Below are positions 13,074 through 64,000 of a stretch of 64,000 bases of DNA, piece after piece; position 1 is the stretch's first letter, and each line of letters begins with the position of its first letter. Under the pieces are notes generated by a model. That model saw only the letters and a list, made by a program, of their open reading frames with translations. It did not search any database and had not been told where the DNA came from. The DNA is from Phoronis australis. Its lineage: Eukaryota; Animalia; Phoronida. The position numbers were made by a program, and so were the translations under genes. The stretch lies in assembly GCA_002633005.1 (NCBI GenBank), contig NMRA01000008.1, positions 116,828-180,827 on the forward strand, read 5' to 3'.

Positions 13074-13643
13074 CTCGCTGGTTCCCTACGTGCCTAGCCA
13101 GCGTGCAGTGGCACACGCTTTAGCATTGGTTGATATAACCTCAGCAGTCATTGGTTCGCTTTACAACACCGTAAAAAAATGGCAGACTGTGAACGATTTT
13201 TGCCTTGTCATGTAAGTGGCGTTGCAGCAACTATTTCGTTAATAGCCGCGTGCTTGAAGCACATACATGTACAATAAATACATATCTTGCAGATTTAACC
13301 GGTGTGTTATTCATACTTGTATGAACACAGGGGAGTATCGTAAACAAAAGTCATCAACAGTAGAAAGATTCACTCCGAAAAGGCGCAACCACAATTTCGA
13401 GGATTGATCACCTTTCATGAACATAAATTTTAAGAACCGATTTGTCTGTACAACAGACCACATTTACACTTCAGTCCATCAGTCATGCCAGTTTGCGTAA
13501 AGCGCTGCCTGTCGTGAATTCGACAAGCCAATCAGAAACGGCGGTGTAAAAAAAATTCCCAAGGAAAATTAAGGGATACCTGCGTGCTGGCTACCGACCA
13601 CCCAGCGGCATGCAGGGAACCAGGCATGCAGGGAACCAGCGAG
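13074..13643. mobile_element. MITE with 9-10 bp TSD (MULE- or AcademH-type), copy 1
   Basis: TIR CTCGCTGGTTCCCT / AGGGAACCAGCGAG; TSD ttcatccata / ttcacccata. Confidence 0.85.
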
Positions 13644-15130
13644 TTCACCCATATGGCCCCACTCTTCTAAAATGATCCCTGCTTCATGGCATTGGAATGT
13701 TAATGCATGCAAAAAATTATGAGAATGGAGAATTTTTGATGACTCATTCTTAAAGGGAAAACCTGCCCAAATGGATTAAGTAAGACTGATAGCATTTCTA
13801 TAAGCTTTATTAAAAATAAAAAGATACATTACATGCTTAAAAATATCCATTTCTAACAAGAATTTGGCAACAATATTCGAAAACTAATTTCAATGAAACT
13901 GATGCAACTCTGATTACAAAACAGTTTATCATGCGATAAAGTTTTAATGTGTAAGACAAGGGTACAAAATGCTCTAAAATCAAATTGCCTTGAGCATCGT
14001 AACAAAATGTTTCCATCGTAGTGATTAAAAATAAAAAAATATCAAAATACATCCGCAATGCAACTTCACCAGAATTGTATTCCTGTTGCATTTCATTTGC
14101 ACATTCTTTCATACACATTCATTATCATCTTGGTACAATATCATAAAAGGTCAATCAGAATTTGCGAACATTTATCCGGCAACAACCGGATGCTCTAGGT
14201 TGGTATGGCAGCCATTAGCCTCCTTCTGGGGAAGATGGTCATCCATGACCAACAGTCGTGGTTATAATCATTCTTGCTTGTGTCTGATACACCTTTGTTT
14301 TTTTGCTCTCATTCAGTTATTAAAAATGTCACATCACCAATTCCGTTAAATCCCGTTGTATCAGAAATGATACGATATGACCTCACACCATACTATATAG
14401 CATATTTACATCAAGTCTAGATATGACACTAGGCATTATACTGCATTGTTATAGAAATCAAAAGTATCGCTTCAACACAAGCCCAAAAATAAAAAACTCT
14501 AAATTGGAGTCGGAGAAAATACACTGTAATATTCGGATCTTCAAAGCATCAATGAATAACGCTGTCAATTTGGATTTGAGCAAAGAAAATTTCTTTGTCA
14601 CGATCTGCTTGTGAGCTGGGCCCCTCTTAAAGACAAAAGGTAAAATATAAATGCTGAGCTATGTACAAAATACAAAATTACTCCGACTACTTTTAACCAA
14701 CAAAAAGAGGGAAGACCTTCAGTACTCATTTGAATATGTAAGACAAAATATTTCTGAAATTTATTGTCTGTTGCCTGTCACCAACTCAACACAGATTAAA
14801 TATAATTATTCAACACTCGCTTATTATTAAATGCTAGCCAATAAATGCTTTGCGTATTAATGTCACACAAAAACATCGAAAAATAGCACTGCGCAAGTTA
14901 AACTCTGTGACACAATTATTTTATCCACTGGATAACTCTCACCCTCCATACAACTCAATTCATAACTTCAACAAGAGTGCAGACACATGCGTAACTTAAT
15001 AATGATTGGTGTTAAACACGAATCTGTAATACCGATATTTTTACAACAGTTCAAAACAACTCCATCTAGTGTATAATTATGGAGTATAAGCAGTTGCCAT
15101 AGCTTTCCTTACTCCAGTAGTGAAGAGACC

Positions 15131-60781
<45,651 letters not shown>

Positions 60782-61412
60782 GGTGCAATACGTAAAGTTT
60801 CTTCAACTGTTCCCCACGCAGTCTAACTTCCAATCTTTTCCTCGTGCCGATCTACACAAATTTTCCCGGAAAAGCTAAAATTAGAAGGTGAGTCATATAC
60901 ACTTCCGGGCCAGAAGCATGTGACCTATATATGTGGGGATTTCCCGGAAGCATAAAAGTTATGAAATCAAGCATTAAATGTTGTTCTTAAACATACTGAA
61001 TTTTTATTTAATAATTACATAAAAATTATGGAAATTTTACAAAACCTTTTAAGTTGCTGCTGTATTGTGTTTTCTTTTCAAAAATAATTTGCATGTTGAA
61101 GGTAATTTTTTATCAACAGCCGTCCTGATAAAATTTTAAGCGGGTTTCAAGTTCCAGAAACATGTAGCCTACAATGAAAGTCAGAATATCAAAAAATGAT
61201 GTAAGTACCCTCTGCAATTTGCAGTGCACGAGAAATTTATTGCCCTGTATTGTCTCCTGGTGACCTGTTCGCTCCATTTTTAATGTGTCTTATGACTGTG
61301 CTGGAACTTGGAATTCCCATTCATTTCGAAATCGCCGCTGGTGTCATTGATTCACTTGATTGGAGTACCCGCAAATAATCACGTTCACGTTTATAAAAAT
61401 TGCTCCAGGCCT

Positions 61413-61720
61413 CCAACATCGACAAGATAGAAAGAATACGGTGTAAAGCAGTTAGGTTCGTTCTAAATGGTCACTCCAAATACTCCTCTCTGTTACGTCT
61501 ATGCTCACCACTCTCAAATGGCCCACTCTTCAAGAAAGACGTGCTCAAAGTTTAACACGAAACGAAATGTCTGTAGGCAGCCTACAAGACCCGAACAACC
61601 TGCTTTACATTCCCAGCACATACCTTCCTACCTTCCACCCCTACATATTTCTAGATCACTCCCACTCTCATACCTTTGACTGAACATACATTTGCACTGC
61701 ATACTATGCAAACTTCTCTT
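61413..61720 (+). mobile_element. LINE (CR1 group) ORF2 3' remnant
   Basis: NIDKIERIRCKAVRFVLNGHSKYSS/VTSMLTTLKWPTLQERR, typical of the region downstream of RT. Confidence 0.8.
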
Positions 61721-61722
61721 CC

Positions 61723-62019
61723 TGTAATCGGGATGCTCGGGTGTGTCTCGTTATCGAGCCCGGACGGAACTTGTGAACTATTTTAGTGAAACGAATTAAC
61801 TTTTTTTTAAATGAAAGGAAACAATTGCCATGTTGTACTATATAGTATGCAGCTGTTGTAGATGTGCTTCCGATGAATCATGAGCCTCTGTTTGCTACTC
61901 GTTAACGGGCAAATGCCTATTAACTGAATGGTTAGTATGCTCGCCGGTTTTATGGGGGTCGCTGGTTCGATTCCCGAGTCGGGTAATCTCAGCTATTACT
62001 ACAAATGGCGTAGTCGGCA
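61723..62019 (+). mobile_element. LTR (TG...CA) followed by a tRNA-Ser primer-binding site
   Basis: ...TACTACA aa TGGCGTAGTCGGCA; the latter is complementary to the 3' end of tRNA-Ser (…TGCCGACTACG-CCA). The left boundary is tentative. Confidence 0.65.
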
Positions 62020-62654
62020 AACGGATGATCTACCAATTAAGCACTGCCAACTAGTACCCGCAGTATGAGGCCGTGAAACTTCTCCGTGTCTGTGGCCGTC
62101 ATTTCGTCGACAGTGATTTTTCTGACAAATTTCGGCTTACCAAAGAACTATCCATATGTTCCGTTGCATGTTCATGGCGCCTCTGTAGTATTCCTTGATC
62201 GGTGTATTCCGGTTGGAACTGATAGCCTGTGAAACCTAATGATCCGACCCGTGAAGTCTTCGTCGGATGAGCTCTTGACTAAGTCGGTATTAGCGCTGGA
62301 CGAGTTGCCATGTAGATGTTTATTATTCTGCGTTCTGTTTCAAAATGAATTATTCTCATCCTAACCAATGCTTACATAAAACTGAAACAAAGTCTGTCTC
62401 ATTAGATACAATTTGTAATGCCTTTGGAGTATTCGTGAGTGCAAAGGTTGAGAAGCCAGCAATGAAGGACCACTACGTTACCGGCTTTTGATGCCATTAA
62501 TGACCAGGCACCAAGGCCGTGTGAGCGCATGCTAATTCAGTGTTTGCTGACAGAAAGCTGTTGTGAAACAATTACTCGATTTTATATGCTATGGTCACAT
62601 ATTAGGGGAATCCTTACTTAGAAATGCAAATACATTATTCAAATCATCCTTAAT

Positions 62655-63025
62655 CCGTGTAAGTGCCCCCCTTGTGTATTAACGGTGAAGAATCGCTGCT
62701 TAGCTGCTAATATGCGATTGAAAGCCTTCAATTGATGCTAATATGCAGAATCGTTATAATCTCAAGCAGGTAGCCCGCCACTTACACGGAATGACGGCTA
62801 CTCTTTCAGTTCTATTAGCATCGATCGAAGGTTTATAATCGCATATTAGCAGTGAATCTACGATTTTTCATCTTTAGAACACTGGATGCACTACTTACAG
62901 TACCTGACAGGCTACCCTTGCAATTCTGCATATAACATCGATTGAAGTCTTTCATTTACATATTAGCTGCTAATCAGTCATTGTTCACCATCAGAACACT
63001 GGGGGGCGCTACTTACATGGAATGA
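62655..63025. repeat. Small foldback made of ~115-bp units (one forward, two reverse)
   Basis: gctgctaatatgcgatt / aatcgcatattagcag and gtaagtgcccccc / ggggggcgctacttac pairings. Confidence 0.6.
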
Positions 63026-64000
63026 CCCACTAGTCAAATGGTGAGACCTCTAGGGGCGTGACTTGCTGCATTCCCATAAAGTGTGGCTTGTCAGACTGAT
63101 CTTGTGGGCCGCTAATCTGTGATTGTTTCAGCATTATTCTTGCTAATCTGAAGTGTAGCTGAATAGCGTGCTATTCTGTGATTGTAATGTTGCTAATCAT
63201 AGACAAACTATTCAGCCAATCCTGCTGGCTGAGAGCATCCAGGAGCAGGGTGTCGCCAACAATAGATGCCAGGGTGTGTGTGGAATATTTATTGTCAGGG
63301 CCTTCCAGCCTCAATTCCTCAATTTTGGGGCTGAAAAAGCAGTAAGCAAAGGTTCACTGAAGCATTTGTTTAAGGAATACAGAACAGCTTACTTGTAGTA
63401 AATGTGATTAGGTTTTGTAGGTAAAGATCTAACTGTTAACTGTTATTTTTCTTGCAGTCTGAAATTTCTTGAGAGTGGTCAGTCATTGCTAGAACTGGAA
63501 CATATTCATAATTTAATGTGTTATTTTTATTTTGTTCTTGACCGAGTTCCTCAAATGTCACCATACCTTCTGGTCCAATCTACTGGCAGAATAGTTGGAA
63601 GCGTTTCCTAGAAATTTATGGACTGAATTGAACATGGAAAGCTCATGTTGAAAGCTCTTAGTTTTGATGATGGTTGTGTGGAGATAAGTGTGGGTTAACT
63701 TACTGCTTACTCTGGAGAATAAGTTGATCATTGGTCTCTGGAGGCATGGCAATAGAAGATATTCACTTACTTAGAGACGGTTCAGGTTAGACGCAGATGT
63801 TTCGGCCTGGCCATGTTGAAAATACTTTGCGCGTTGGATATCAGGAATGGATATACCCAGACCCCCCCCCCCCCCAAGTCGTAAACGTACTGAAAAACTC
63901 AATGGTGCCTCTGTCGCCATCCCAACATACTTATAGAACCCACGGAATTTCTTCATACATGAAACCTATCAACACTCTTCGATCCTTAATAGTCAGACCC

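Noticed and set aside
63060-63956. Possible third gene (e.g. LGISIPDIQRAK on the minus strand)
   Set aside because: Stops in all plausible frames, no recognisable domain and no consistent splice chain.

Overview
AT-rich, intron-rich animal genomic DNA, not prokaryotic. It is probably a marine invertebrate deuterostome (inference from gene style and repeat families), taken from a heterozygous draft assembly with N-joined allelic overlaps and gaps. It holds two convergent protein-coding genes. DDRGK1/UFBP1 (UFMylation adaptor) lies on + at ~396-10086. An interferon regulatory factor lies on - at 15131-37855, with a probable 7-nt coding first exon at 60775-60781 behind a ~23 kb first intron; my model gives ~500 aa with an IRF4/8-type DNA-binding domain, an IAD/IRF-3 domain and an IRF5/6-like C-terminal tail. 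The IRF locus has several dense STAT/NF-kB/IRF/ETS motif clusters and up to three candidate promoters. Introns are packed with mobile DNA: an AcademX element with intact ends, a TA-flanked TIR element carrying a decayed HIRAN-like gene, arrays of CTCF-like motifs with ~147-bp period, foldback elements, MITEs, LINE remnants, and an LTR with a tRNA-Ser primer-binding site. All gene models and family calls were read by eye and no searches were run.
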